From a virus, in IMG/VR virus record IMGVR_UViG_3300045988_099701, positions 1-53,220 of that record: a stretch of DNA of 53,220 nt; one strand, given 5' to 3'. Shown in pieces: positions 24,389-33,477 of this stretch (position 1 is the first letter of the stretch; each line of letters opens with the position of its first letter). Below the pieces are notes generated by a model. The model saw nothing but the letters and a program-made list of their open reading frames with translations, was not told the DNA's origin and ran no database searches. The translations under genes and the position numbers were made by a program.

Positions 24389-27300
24389 TTAATATTGGCA
24401 CCAGTTGGCCGTCCACATACTGTTCACATGATCCCACAATATGATCCACAGCTTACCCCAATCCAAGGTAATTTCAGTGTTGTTTTGAGAGTTGGAATTG
24501 GTGCATATCCTGTGCTGGGTATTCCCGCGCGTCAACTTGACATTGCCGCTGCCGACCTTTCGGATGAAATAAATCTGCCCTTGTTTTGGTGAAGACGGTA
24601 AAGTCAGCGTAATCACGCCCGTAGCCGTACTGAATACCACGCTGTCCATGTCGGTCAGGGTTCTATTGGAAGAGGTTCGCACATTCCTAAGTCTGAAGCC
24701 GGTTATGAACCCATTGGGGATATATAAGGCATGATTTCCGGACTGACGTGCAGCGGTAGTGGTTCCATCCGATAATGCTGCTCCGGTGACATCTATATAC
24801 ACTCCGTAATTGCCTGCCGTGCCGCCGGCTACGCTGCGGCTTACTTCTGCTCTTATAGACCCATAGAGGGCACCACCCGCTGATGCCGGCCAGGTGTCGA
24901 CTCCAAGATAAAGATTGGTCTTACTGCCTGTAAACTTAATCAGATTGGAAGATAGAAGCATATCACCGAAGCTGTCTGTGGATTTTAATGCTCCTTCGTC
25001 AATTGTAAAGTTGCCTATCGTTCCGCTCGATGCGTTAATAGTCCCTGTAATATCGGCTTTGGTGGCCACGAATGCCCCGTCCTTAGCAACCCTGAACGGC
25101 GCATTCGACGGCGTGTTGCTCCCGACGAACAGGGGAATATCGCCGCCCACGAGCCCTGCGATGATGGTATTCTCGGAAATGTCCGTCTTGGAGTTGTGCA
25201 CCACGAACTCCATACCTTGGAGGAAGTTGATGACGGCATTCTCTGCGAACAACAGGGGCGTATATATCGGCACCATGTCGTTGAGTTGTTGCCAATATGC
25301 CGACGCGGATCCCGCCGCCGGCTTGTTGGAAGCGGACGAAGTGTGCGTCTGGCTGCACTGGAATTTCAGCTGCTTATTGTTCGCATAGATCGTAACTACG
25401 TCTATGTATCTGGGGCCATTGGAAACGAGGTCGAGGTCATTGCGGTATTCCACTCCCGATGCCCATTCCGTGAGGCGGGTTATGCAGCCCTGCAAGCCAT
25501 CCTTGCCGGGGGCACCGTCTTCGCCGGGGGCGCCGTCATCACCTTTAGGGCCCTGCTCTCCCGATATGCGTACCGGAGTTGCCCAGCCTACCGTCGGGTG
25601 CAACAGATTGTCGTCGGCGTCTATTTCTGCCTGGGTCATCCACAGATATTCACCCGAAGAGAGCGACGGCGGGGTGTCGCTCCAACCTGCGGGGGTGCGA
25701 TCCGTTTTGACCAGCGCCGGCGCCGTGGTGGTGCTGTTATTCTTGGCGTATTTGAAGTCAGTATGCGGCCCCGGCTCCCCATCCTCGCCCGTTACGCGGA
25801 TAGGCGTCGACCACGCCCCGGCCTTTCCGGTCGATGCGTCTATCGTAGCCTTGGACATCCACCATATACCGACACCAGTGGGCGCGTCACTCCATCCGGA
25901 CGGAATGGGGTCGTAGGAAGTAGGCTTTGCTGGCTCCGTATCGCTATTTTTAAATACATAGGATGTCCAGTTCCCCGGTTGCCCGTCGTAAGAATACCGC
26001 GCCCAAATCGAGGGCGAGGAAAATGCGCCCCAAACACCTTCCACCTTGTTGCGCTTCGACACCCATTCGTAGCGATATGTGGCGTCTACTCCCGTAGGGT
26101 CATCCGTCCATGGAGCCGGGGGATTATCGTATTCCGCAACATCGGGAACATCCGGAACGGTGCCCGGATCCTCGGTTTCCGTACGCGTGAATATGTATTC
26201 TACACCTTCACCATCCACACCATCCGCTCCGTCGAACGAAAATTTTGCCCAAAGCGCAGGGTCGGTGAATTTGCCCCACATGCCATTTACCTTCACGCGC
26301 TTGCTGGCCCACTCGTAAGGGGTGTCGCTATCGGGCCCGACGGCATCGTCCGTCCACACCTGCCCGTCCGAGGTTTCGGAGGACGAGGGAATGTAATCGT
26401 CCTGCTGCGCGGTGGGTGGCTGTGCAGGGGCTTTGTATTGCGATGTACGCGCGAAAATCCACTCGTAATCCTTGCCGTCCTTCCCGTCGGATCCCGGTTC
26501 GCCCGATACGCGCTGAGGAGCAGACCATGATTTAACCTCTCCGTCGACAACGGTGCCGGTACACATCCATGTAGGACGTTGATCCGACATCGGGAGCGTC
26601 TCCGTAGTCCAACCTTCGGGCGGTATTTTAAGCTCCGTAGGTTTCGCCGGTTCGCTCTCCGATTTTTTGAATATGCTGACCGTTTCGAGCACCCCGTATC
26701 CGCCTAAGTATACCCACTCCTCGGCATCCTTGCCGGGCTCGGTCTTGGTGCCGTCGACCAGACAGCGCCAATGTCCGTTGTTCCAATATACGTCGTCGTT
26801 GCGGTTGTATGTTTCCGTGGCGCTCCACACTCCGCGATCTATGATCGTGGGCACCTCTTCGCCGCCGGGCGTGAACTGATGAATGACGCCCGACATGTAG
26901 ATGTTGTTCAGGTATGCCGAATATCCCGTCATGTTTATCCCGAATACGGACAGGTTTGACAGGTCGCCATATTGCGCGGCGATATTGGACGCAGTGAACT
27001 CCCAATCGGAAACTCCCGTTAAATAACGCTGGTATGTCCGGGTTTCGTAGCGGGAGGTCTGCCGATCCTCATTTGAGAAGGAGCCATAGCCCACGAAGGT
27101 CATCGACGCCGCCGGATGATATTGGGTGGGGTAAGCTCCCGATACCGGGCGTAGTTGATACTTGAAGGTCTTGTAAGTTGTAGTGTCCAGCTCCTCGGTG
27201 ATGCGGAAATAGCAGGTGGCGAACCCGGCAAAGCGCCTGTTGCCACGTCCGTCGTCATAATCCGCGGTTGCATTCTCCGAAGTGTTCAAATTGTGGAAGA

Positions 27301-29218
27301 TGCCCATGCATATATCCCCGACCCGAGGACTTCCGATCTCGCCTTCTTCGAGCTTGAGGGTGATGGTTTGGGCCGTGGTGTCGACGCTTTCGATGATCCC
27401 GGCACTTGGAGCATACCACGTATCGCCCATGGATATTTCGACACGGTTGTAGCGGAGTTCCGGAACCTCCAGGAATCCCCGAAGTTTCAGGCTCTGCATC
27501 TCTGCGTTCCCTTTCTTGTCAATCATGCCGCCCAAGCCTGTCATCCCGGATGCGAAGTTCCCGAACAGGGCACCGTCGTCAAAGGTCATTTTACCTTTGA
27601 ATGTGTCCGGGAACTGTTTGCTGGCGAATTCCCATAGCGCACGCTTGGCGGAATAGGCATTGTAGTCTGCGGCGGCAGTGGAATCGTAGCGGGTGATAAG
27701 ATAAATTGAAGCTCCCGATTCGGTAACGCCTATGCGCTGTGCGTACAGGTTTGCCTTCACCTCCGATTCAATGTTGCCGATACGGGAATATGCCGTATTG
27801 TCGCCTACCGTATATGTGGCGATATACTCATTATAGAGTTTCTTTTCGTATCCCTGGATGCGTGATAAGCGGCCGCTTTCTCCGAAGCGTGGATCCACAA
27901 GGCGAACCGCCTGTCCTGCATCGTAATTCTTTTTGTTTTCCTGACAGTATACGGGATTGGTTTCGCAGTCGTATACGTCCGTGTCGCTGCTGTGTTTCGC
28001 GGCATATGATTCTCCGGCCTTCAGAAGCTCCTTTTCAGCCTCCTCGATCCTTTCTTTAGGTAGTTTTACGCCCGTGATGACAAACGTATCTCCAGGCTCG
28101 GGATGCAGGCTTTCGTTGGGGATGATAAGCTGGCTTTCACCGGAAGATTCTACTTGCGCGATGATCTCGAACTTCTTATCAAATCCATCCTCCGGTTTCC
28201 ACGTCTCTGGTTTGTAGTTTATACTTAGCTCAAAATCCCGTCCCATAAGACTGCCGCTCGTAAAAGTTGCGCCCAGGGTTTCACCTTTAATCATGTCCGA
28301 AGGCCGGAACGGCGTGTCTTTGCAGTACATGACATACGCCCGGTCTACGGTCTCAATGCTGGTGACCGTCTCCGTATTCTTGGGGTATATGTCATCGAAG
28401 AACACGACCTGCTCTACAATGTTGCTTCCCGAAATACCGGGTATTGCGTCGATATACCGCTGTCCGTCCGGCAGGCGAAGCCGAATTTCAGATACATGAT
28501 TCGTTTCACCTCCTTGCGGAGCTTGCCCATAGTCGCTTGTGAGATTGCGAGTAGAGCCAAAGACGTAGAACCGGGTGCCGTAGCTCGAATCATCCCCTTT
28601 CTTTGCGGGAATGTTTTTCACTACATTCCCCTGTCTGAACTCTTCGGGAGATCCGAAGTCCAGTTTGCCAAAGCATAACGATATGAGGTCGCCGTTTTCC
28701 TCTGTCCACCATTCCGTCTCAAAGGTCTCGGCAATCGTATTGAGGATGTCCCAGCACTTATCGCCATTGAACGATACAAGCTTCGTAGCTTTAGGATTGT
28801 CAACGGTGATTGTGCCTACCTGCCAGTTTTCGCCTCCGAGCTGCTTGTTCATGTTGGCGACGATCAACGCCGCGAAGGATTCGAGGTCTGTGGTGTTGTG
28901 AAATACGGCTTCGGGATTGTCCCCACCCAGCCAGAAGCACACGAAACGCTTCATGTGGTTTTGCTGAGCCTCGAATTTGAGCGTATATTTATAGCCGCCG
29001 GTCTTATTGTCGAACTCCGGGCGCACCGTGGACATAATCTCGAACTTGCGGCCTTTATATGTGATGTAGGAACCACGAGCAAATGTCGTTGGTTCAAGGA
29101 GATTAAAGGGCAGCTCGATATAGTAGTCTCCCATGAGGACATATTTGATGATAGCCTCTTTGGTGACTGGCGCGTCCAATATTTCTGTTCCTGTCGGAGA
29201 GTAAATAATCATTTGCAT
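24389..29218 (-). CDS. large tail hub / tail-associated host-recognition protein (1609 aa) with five tandem W-x-D/T modules and a collagen-like segment
   Basis: Uninterrupted 4.8-kb ORF (ATG 29218). Tal-like N-terminus. Repeats of W(T/S)(D/T)..P......W.....V.G.W..P..(V/W)... end in short G-X-Y runs, the last being GEQGPKGDDGAPGEDGAPGKDG. Confidence 0.85.
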   Translation of the reverse strand: MQMIIYSPTGTEILDAPVTKEAIIKYVLMGDYYIELPFNLLEPTTFARGSYITYKGRKFEIMSTVRPEFDNKTGGYKYTLKFEAQQNHMKRFVCFWLGGDNPEAVFHNTTDLESFAALIVANMNKQLGGENWQVGTITVDNPKATKLVSFNGDKCWDILNTIAETFETEWWTEENGDLISLCFGKLDFGSPEEFRQGNVVKNIPAKKGDDSSYGTRFYVFGSTRNLTSDYGQAPQGGETNHVSEIRLRLPDGQRYIDAIPGISGSNIVEQVVFFDDIYPKNTETVTSIETVDRAYVMYCKDTPFRPSDMIKGETLGATFTSGSLMGRDFELSINYKPETWKPEDGFDKKFEIIAQVESSGESQLIIPNESLHPEPGDTFVITGVKLPKERIEEAEKELLKAGESYAAKHSSDTDVYDCETNPVYCQENKKNYDAGQAVRLVDPRFGESGRLSRIQGYEKKLYNEYIATYTVGDNTAYSRIGNIESEVKANLYAQRIGVTESGASIYLITRYDSTAAADYNAYSAKRALWEFASKQFPDTFKGKMTFDDGALFGNFASGMTGLGGMIDKKGNAEMQSLKLRGFLEVPELRYNRVEISMGDTWYAPSAGIIESVDTTAQTITLKLEEGEIGSPRVGDICMGIFHNLNTSENATADYDDGRGNRRFAGFATCYFRITEELDTTTYKTFKYQLRPVSGAYPTQYHPAASMTFVGYGSFSNEDRQTSRYETRTYQRYLTGVSDWEFTASNIAAQYGDLSNLSVFGINMTGYSAYLNNIYMSGVIHQFTPGGEEVPTIIDRGVWSATETYNRNDDVYWNNGHWRCLVDGTKTEPGKDAEEWVYLGGYGVLETVSIFKKSESEPAKPTELKIPPEGWTTETLPMSDQRPTWMCTGTVVDGEVKSWSAPQRVSGEPGSDGKDGKDYEWIFARTSQYKAPAQPPTAQQDDYIPSSSETSDGQVWTDDAVGPDSDTPYEWASKRVKVNGMWGKFTDPALWAKFSFDGADGVDGEGVEYIFTRTETEDPGTVPDVPDVAEYDNPPAPWTDDPTGVDATYRYEWVSKRNKVEGVWGAFSSPSIWARYSYDGQPGNWTSYVFKNSDTEPAKPTSYDPIPSGWSDAPTGVGIWWMSKATIDASTGKAGAWSTPIRVTGEDGEPGPHTDFKYAKNNSTTTAPALVKTDRTPAGWSDTPPSLSSGEYLWMTQAEIDADDNLLHPTVGWATPVRISGEQGPKGDDGAPGEDGAPGKDGLQGCITRLTEWASGVEYRNDLDLVSNGPRYIDVVTIYANNKQLKFQCSQTHTSSASNKPAAGSASAYWQQLNDMVPIYTPLLFAENAVINFLQGMEFVVHNSKTDISENTIIAGLVGGDIPLFVGSNTPSNAPFRVAKDGAFVATKADITGTINASSGTIGNFTIDEGALKSTDSFGDMLLSSNLIKFTGSKTNLYLGVDTWPASAGGALYGSIRAEVSRSVAGGTAGNYGVYIDVTGAALSDGTTTAARQSGNHALYIPNGFITGFRLRNVRTSSNRTLTDMDSVVFSTATGVITLTLPSSPKQGQIYFIRKVGSGNVKLTRGNTQHRICTNSNSQNNTEITLDWGKLWIILWDHVNSMWTANWCQY

Positions 29219-29248
29219 CAAGGGCTCGGCGATTCCTCAAGCCTCTGT

Positions 29249-29282
29249 GCAAATGTGTGACTGTGCATTTTAATAACAATGG
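29249..29282 (-). promoter_or_regulatory. late promoter copy 1: CCATTGTTATTAAAATGC-N11-TTTGC upstream of the tail hub gene
   Basis: 18-mer 29265..29282 (minus sense) identical to the copies at 44727 and 48649; TTTGC = 29249..29253; gives ATTG-N19-CAcaTTTG; 43 nt to ATG 29218-29221. Confidence 0.55.
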
Positions 29283-29367
29283 GGAGCTGTAAAAATATCA
29301 ATAAAAAAGCAGGGATTTCTCCCTACTTTAGTCATAATACAATGGCAGTATTAAATTACGTATGATT

Positions 29368-30162
29368 TTACGGTTTTAACCATGTGCTCTGAGGCTTAAC
29401 AATTAATCGGGCATTATTATAAGCCATTTTAAGCGTCAGACATGTGCGTGCGGTATATGTGTTATTTTCAATTTTATGTACAACCAATGCTAAATCAGGA
29501 TTGGGGGAGTTGGGAGTTAAACATAGTGGCAACAATAGTTGAATCCTATTGCCATAGAATTGGGGCACCGCAGTTTTATAGTTCGTTCTCACTTTTTTAC
29601 GAGCTTCATCAATAGCCCCTTCCAACCGGCGACGAATTTCAGCATCACCACTCCCTTGCATAGCAGCTGGGAAACGACTTAGGTTATCTTGGATGATATG
29701 ATCTATATCGGGAATAAGTTCGCAGTTGGGATTAAAAAGTAAGTCTTCGGGTTTTTGAAAAAAATCTGCTATCTTGGGCAAAGATGATTTAAATGTTCGC
29801 AATAATGCACCATCGCTTTTTTTGCAAAAACATTTAAAAACATAGGGCGGAACTCCTTCACCTTGATTTTTATTTTTGAAGAAGAAGGCAAATATTTCTT
29901 CCAGGTTTTTAGTGACAAGCCCAGTATTGAAGCAGCAATACTCGTTATTGGCTGTAAAGCAGATTTTGTTTTCTGCTCTCAATTTTCGGAAGATGTGTTC
30001 TAAATAATTTTTCAGTATAGAGTGACTTTTTCTCTTGTCATCTGAAAAGTCCCACTCCTCTGGGTCGGCAAGATTTGTAGCCAAATCATCAATGCAACTT
30101 TGATATTTTGGGAAAATGGAGAATTTAAAAAGCTCTTGCTGGAAAAATTTATTTGCAGCCAT
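29368..30162 (-). CDS. DUF3825-like protein (moron)
   Basis: ...EEWDFSDDKRKSHSILKNYLEHIFRKL...CFNTGLVT...AVPQFYGNRIQLLLPL... matches my recollection of DUF3825; AT-rich. Confidence 0.5.
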   Translation of the reverse strand: MAANKFFQQELFKFSIFPKYQSCIDDLATNLADPEEWDFSDDKRKSHSILKNYLEHIFRKLRAENKICFTANNEYCCFNTGLVTKNLEEIFAFFFKNKNQGEGVPPYVFKCFCKKSDGALLRTFKSSLPKIADFFQKPEDLLFNPNCELIPDIDHIIQDNLSRFPAAMQGSGDAEIRRRLEGAIDEARKKVRTNYKTAVPQFYGNRIQLLLPLCLTPNSPNPDLALVVHKIENNTYTARTCLTLKMAYNNARLIVKPQSTWLKP

Positions 30163-30184
30163 AAATTTAGTGTAGTTAGTAGCT

Positions 30185-30220
30185 AAAAAAATTGAGCCCT
30201 AAAATAACTATTTAGGGCTC
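30185..30220 (-). terminator. strong intrinsic terminator 23 nt upstream of the DUF3825 ATG
   Basis: gagccctaaa-ataacta-tttagggctc (10-bp stem, 30194..30220) followed on the minus strand by AATTTTTTT. Confidence 0.65.
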
Positions 30221-30285
30221 TATACAGTTGTTTTCATTTACACATTATACGGATAGACCCGTACGTCTATATCTTATTCGTGCTG

Positions 30286-30317
30286 CAAATATAATGCACG
30301 TATTAGCAAAATGCAAA
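30286..30317 (-). promoter_or_regulatory. Bacteroidota-type promoter (TTTG-N20-TATATTTG) facing the DUF3825 gene
   Basis: Plus-strand caaatata 30286..30293 and caaa 30314..30317 are TATATTTG and TTTG on the minus strand. Confidence 0.4.
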
Positions 30318-30466
30318 TTTTTCTCTGACTTTTTTACCCTCCTACACTACACCGTTAGGATGTAGTTAACTACACTTTGTAGTGAGGTTGGAAGGAAGGG
30401 AATAAAAACGCCCCGCATTTCTGCGAGGCGCCCCCAACGTGGTGTGGAAATAGTGGTATACGGGGG

Positions 30467-31240
30467 TTACTTTATCGGTGCCATCTTCTTTGGCGTTTGG
30501 ACTACTTCGAATTGTCTTGCGAGGAAATCCAACCCTTTCTGCGTCACGAGGACTTTTATAACCGTGAACGATTCGTGGTTGTTGCGATCTATTAACTTCT
30601 CCTTTAACTCGAAATAACCACGGTTAATATACTCTTGCTTAGGCTCATTGCGATTGCAGAAGAATATGCCGCGTTCACGGAGCCGTTGAAAGAGCGTGTT
30701 GCGGCCGAAGGGAAGGTTCAAAATCTTTGCCGCCTGCCCGACGTCGATCTTCTGGTCTGTGTCCAGTACTTTATCCATTAGTTCGGCTTTCGGGGTGAGC
30801 GCTGCGACCTGCTTGTGTGCCTGCTCCAACTGTTGTTTCTGCCGCGCTATGGTGTCGTTTGCTACCAGCACGGCACGTGCCATTATCATTTCGGGCGTGT
30901 CCGTCTCTTTGGCCGACATGTATCCGCCAGTCTTGCGAATCGTGGGGAGAACTTCATCGCATACCCAGTCCTGGAACTGTTCGGCCTGCGGGAGCTTCGA
31001 CCGCATGACAAGACGGTAAACGTCGGATTCGGGGATGTATTTCACCCTTTGAATGCCGCCATCGGTAGGGGTCGGCAAAATGGCGACCCCTTTACAATGT
31101 GTTGAAATTGCATCCGCTGTCCGCATATATCCTAATGATCTCGCTACATCATTCGCAAGAAACATCGGCTTGTTTTCGTCGGACATAATAATCCGTACAC
31201 GCCCGAACTGTTCATTATTGAAGATTTGTATATTGTTCAT
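30467..31240 (-). CDS. antirepressor: Bro-N domain plus KilA-C/ANT C-terminal domain
   Basis: IQIFNNEQFGRVRIIMSDENKPMFLANDVARSLGY...ESDVYRLVMRSKLPQAEQFQDWVCDEVLPTIRKTG (Bro-N); ...AAKILNLPFGRNTLFQRLRERGIF (KilAC). Confidence 0.85.
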   Translation of the reverse strand: MNNIQIFNNEQFGRVRIIMSDENKPMFLANDVARSLGYMRTADAISTHCKGVAILPTPTDGGIQRVKYIPESDVYRLVMRSKLPQAEQFQDWVCDEVLPTIRKTGGYMSAKETDTPEMIMARAVLVANDTIARQKQQLEQAHKQVAALTPKAELMDKVLDTDQKIDVGQAAKILNLPFGRNTLFQRLRERGIFFCNRNEPKQEYINRGYFELKEKLIDRNNHESFTVIKVLVTQKGLDFLARQFEVVQTPKKMAPIK

Positions 31241-31250
31241 AGCTGTTGGT

Positions 31251-31520
31251 CTATTTACATTGAGCGATATTCATCCCGCGGCCCATCTTGACCAGAATAA
31301 ACGGGTCGATCTCTTTGATTTTGTTGCGGGGTGATTTTTCAGCGCCCAGCAATTCAAGATAGTAACCTTGTAGTTTGATATAGGCGTCCATTAGGTTGGA
31401 ATAGCGCTCTTCGGCCTTGAAGTAGGCGCTTTCGAAATCTTGCGCTTTTCGCTCGGTTTCGATGCAGCGAGTTTGATAATCCGTTTCCGGAAGCGATTGT
31501 TTTTTCATAGATGTAAGCAT
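31251..31520 (-). CDS. hypothetical protein (89 aa), first gene of the antirepressor operon
   Basis: Track ORF. Confidence 0.5.
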   Translation of the reverse strand: MLTSMKKQSLPETDYQTRCIETERKAQDFESAYFKAEERYSNLMDAYIKLQGYYLELLGAEKSPRNKIKEIDPFILVKMGRGMNIAQCK

Positions 31521-31638
31521 TTAATAAAACAAAAAAACGAACGGGTACTACCTGCTGCTTACATCTTTACTCAAGAGGTTGGCGCGCCATTACAGCAACG
31601 CCACAGGGTTACCCGTTCGTATGTTCAATTTCCGACAC

Positions 31639-31661
31639 AAAAAAAGCACCAATAATGGTGC
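31639..31661 (-). terminator. intrinsic terminator inside the leader of the antirepressor operon
   Basis: gcacca-ataa-tggtgc 31646..31661 followed on the minus strand by U7 (A7 at 31639..31645 on plus). Confidence 0.5.
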
Positions 31662-31694
31662 ATCTTGTGCACTCTTGAGTTTATGTAAGCGTTA

Positions 31695-31725
31695 CAAATA
31701 TGGGAAATTATTTTTAATTCACAAA
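31695..31725 (-). promoter_or_regulatory. candidate promoter TTTG-N19-CATATTTG for the antirepressor operon
   Basis: Plus-strand caaatatg 31695..31702 and caaa 31722..31725; same C-for-T variant -7 box as the late promoters. Confidence 0.35.
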
Positions 31726-31772
31726 GGATTTTGCACTATTTTTTACATCAGGAGTAAATTTTACTTTCAAAA

Positions 31773-31803
31773 TTTGGCGGGGGGGGGAATTTCGTTATAC
31801 TTG
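31773..31803 (+). promoter_or_regulatory. promoter TTTG-N19-TATACTTG with a G9 homopolymer in the spacer, upstream of the lipoprotein gene
   Basis: TTTG 31773..31776, G9 31779..31787, TATACTTG 31796..31803, ATG 31830. Confidence 0.45.
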
Positions 31804-31829
31804 CATCGTTAACCCACTTATTCTATATT

Positions 31830-32525
31830 ATGAAAAAACTTCTACTGCTGTGCGCGGCTATCGCCGCATTATCATTTGTCGGGTGCTCAAAAGGGGAAGA
31901 CAACTCCAACAAGCCTGATGCACCCAATGAGTATGATGTTGAAATATACGTCAAAGAAGGAACCGTATCAGATAAACCTAAAGAATATAATACAGGTTTA
32001 AACAAAGTCGGAAATTCAGACAATATTTTTGTAGCAACTGTTAATAACGGCATTATTACTGCACAGCATGCAGGATTTGCAAAAGTAACTGTTGGAGATA
32101 ATACCTACAATACGATAGTAAAGTCTACGCTTAATACCTTTATTCCTCCTATTACCGAATTCTATAAGCCTCAAGATTATATAGCCACAAAAGAAACAAG
32201 AGAAAGATCAAAAGGTACTCATCTTGGACTAATATATTATGGCGAAAATGATTTAGTTGATAATGTGGCGTATTTGTTTGGGGATAATGATAGTTTATAT
32301 GAAATAAGGATTAAATTAAACAAAGGAGATAAATCAACATTCGCTGTTTGTGCTACCTATCTTGGGCACTTATACAAACAAATTGAAGCGGAGGTAATAA
32401 ATGGTGTATATAATTTGGTGTATATAGATAATTACAAAATAGAAGACGCAACATTCAAGGTGTATTTACCCCAAACATATCCGACAGGTGGGGTGATAAC
32501 TATTAAATTCATCCCTTTAAAATAA
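31830..32525 (+). CDS. lipoprotein with Ig-like (BIG2-like) segment (moron)
   Basis: MKKLLLLCAAIAALSFVGC lipobox; ATVNNGIITAQHAGFAKVTVGDNTY resembles BIG2 strands. Confidence 0.7.
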   Translation: MKKLLLLCAAIAALSFVGCSKGEDNSNKPDAPNEYDVEIYVKEGTVSDKPKEYNTGLNKVGNSDNIFVATVNNGIITAQHAGFAKVTVGDNTYNTIVKSTLNTFIPPITEFYKPQDYIATKETRERSKGTHLGLIYYGENDLVDNVAYLFGDNDSLYEIRIKLNKGDKSTFAVCATYLGHLYKQIEAEVINGVYNLVYIDNYKIEDATFKVYLPQTYPTGGVITIKFIPLK

Positions 32526-32608
32526 ATGTTCCAACCGAGGCATTTGCCTTGTTTTTTTATTTGTCCAGCATGGTCATTAGACCAAACGGTAAAATATTCA
32601 CGCTTTTA

Positions 32609-32640
32609 TTTGTGGGTCTAAATTTTTGGACTTATATTTG
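32609..32640 (+). promoter_or_regulatory. promoter TTTG-N20-TATATTTG for the DUF4160/DUF2442 pair
   Basis: TTTG 32609..32612, TATATTTG 32633..32640, ATG 32663. Confidence 0.45.
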
Positions 32641-32662
32641 CAGTAGATAAAAACGAATAACG

Positions 32663-32902
32663 ATGCCTACAATTTTAAACCTTTTTGGATTGCGATTTTA
32701 TTTCTACTCTGACGAACATTTGCCAATACATGTTCATATCGAGTACGGCGACAACGACGCAAAGGTAGAAATCGCTACACGAGAAATAAAGTACAACCGG
32801 GGGATAAAAGCGAACGATATGCGCCGCGCGCTCGAAGTGATCGAGTTGTACGAGGCGGAGATCATCGCCAAGTGGCACGAGTATTTCGGAGAAGAGGAAT
32901 AA
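32663..32902 (+). CDS. DUF4160-family protein
   Basis: MPTILNLFGLRFYFYSDEHLPIHVHIEYGDNDAKVEI is the DUF4160 signature. Confidence 0.8.
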   Translation: MPTILNLFGLRFYFYSDEHLPIHVHIEYGDNDAKVEIATREIKYNRGIKANDMRRALEVIELYEAEIIAKWHEYFGEEE

Positions 32903-32922
32903 ACTGCAAAGTACAAAACATT

Positions 32923-33351
32923 ATGATTATGGCGAAGATTACAAAAGTTTGGTTCGAGGGTGGCCGAATATACATAGCCACTAATGACGGCAAAACATAC
33001 AGCCGCCCGCTGGAGTATTTCCCCATACTCAAAGAAGCTACCGACGACCAGCGCGAGGCGTGGAAAATAAACAAGTTTGGGGATGCCATCCGCTGGGAGG
33101 AGATCGACGAAGATATACACCTGTCGAGTTTCTACGCCACGGATGAACCGGACACAAATAATGTGATAGGGGATGTATTCCGTCGATTCCCGCAGTTGAA
33201 TGTGTCGGAGATTGCCCGCACGATAGGTATTCACAAAAGTTTGTTGTCGAAATATATTTACGGCACCAAAAAACCATCTGAGAAACGCACGGAGGAAATA
33301 TTAGATGCCTTGCGGCAGATAGGCCGTGATTTGGCACAAATACGCGCATAA
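32923..33351 (+). CDS. DUF2442-family protein fused to a C-terminal XRE-like HTH
   Basis: KITKVWFEGGRIYIATNDGKTYSRPLEYFPILKEATDDQREAWKINKFGDAIRWEEIDEDI (DUF2442) then VSEIARTIGIHKSLLSKYIYG (HTH). Confidence 0.75.
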   Translation: MIMAKITKVWFEGGRIYIATNDGKTYSRPLEYFPILKEATDDQREAWKINKFGDAIRWEEIDEDIHLSSFYATDEPDTNNVIGDVFRRFPQLNVSEIARTIGIHKSLLSKYIYGTKKPSEKRTEEILDALRQIGRDLAQIRA

Positions 33352-33477
33352 CGTGCGACAAAGGAGAGGCAACATTAAAACATGAGGCGAGGGGTGGCGA
33401 AAATCACTCCTCGCTTTTTTGGATATTCCAATTTGAAATTGTAAATTTGATTTACTAACTCACTAAATTTTATTAAT

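Noticed and set aside
25196-26530. 444-aa plus-strand ORF and other 60-170-aa ORFs inside 24389..29221
   Set aside because: They are antisense or off-frame to an uninterrupted 1609-codon tail gene and have a low-complexity Arg/Gly/Pro-rich composition.
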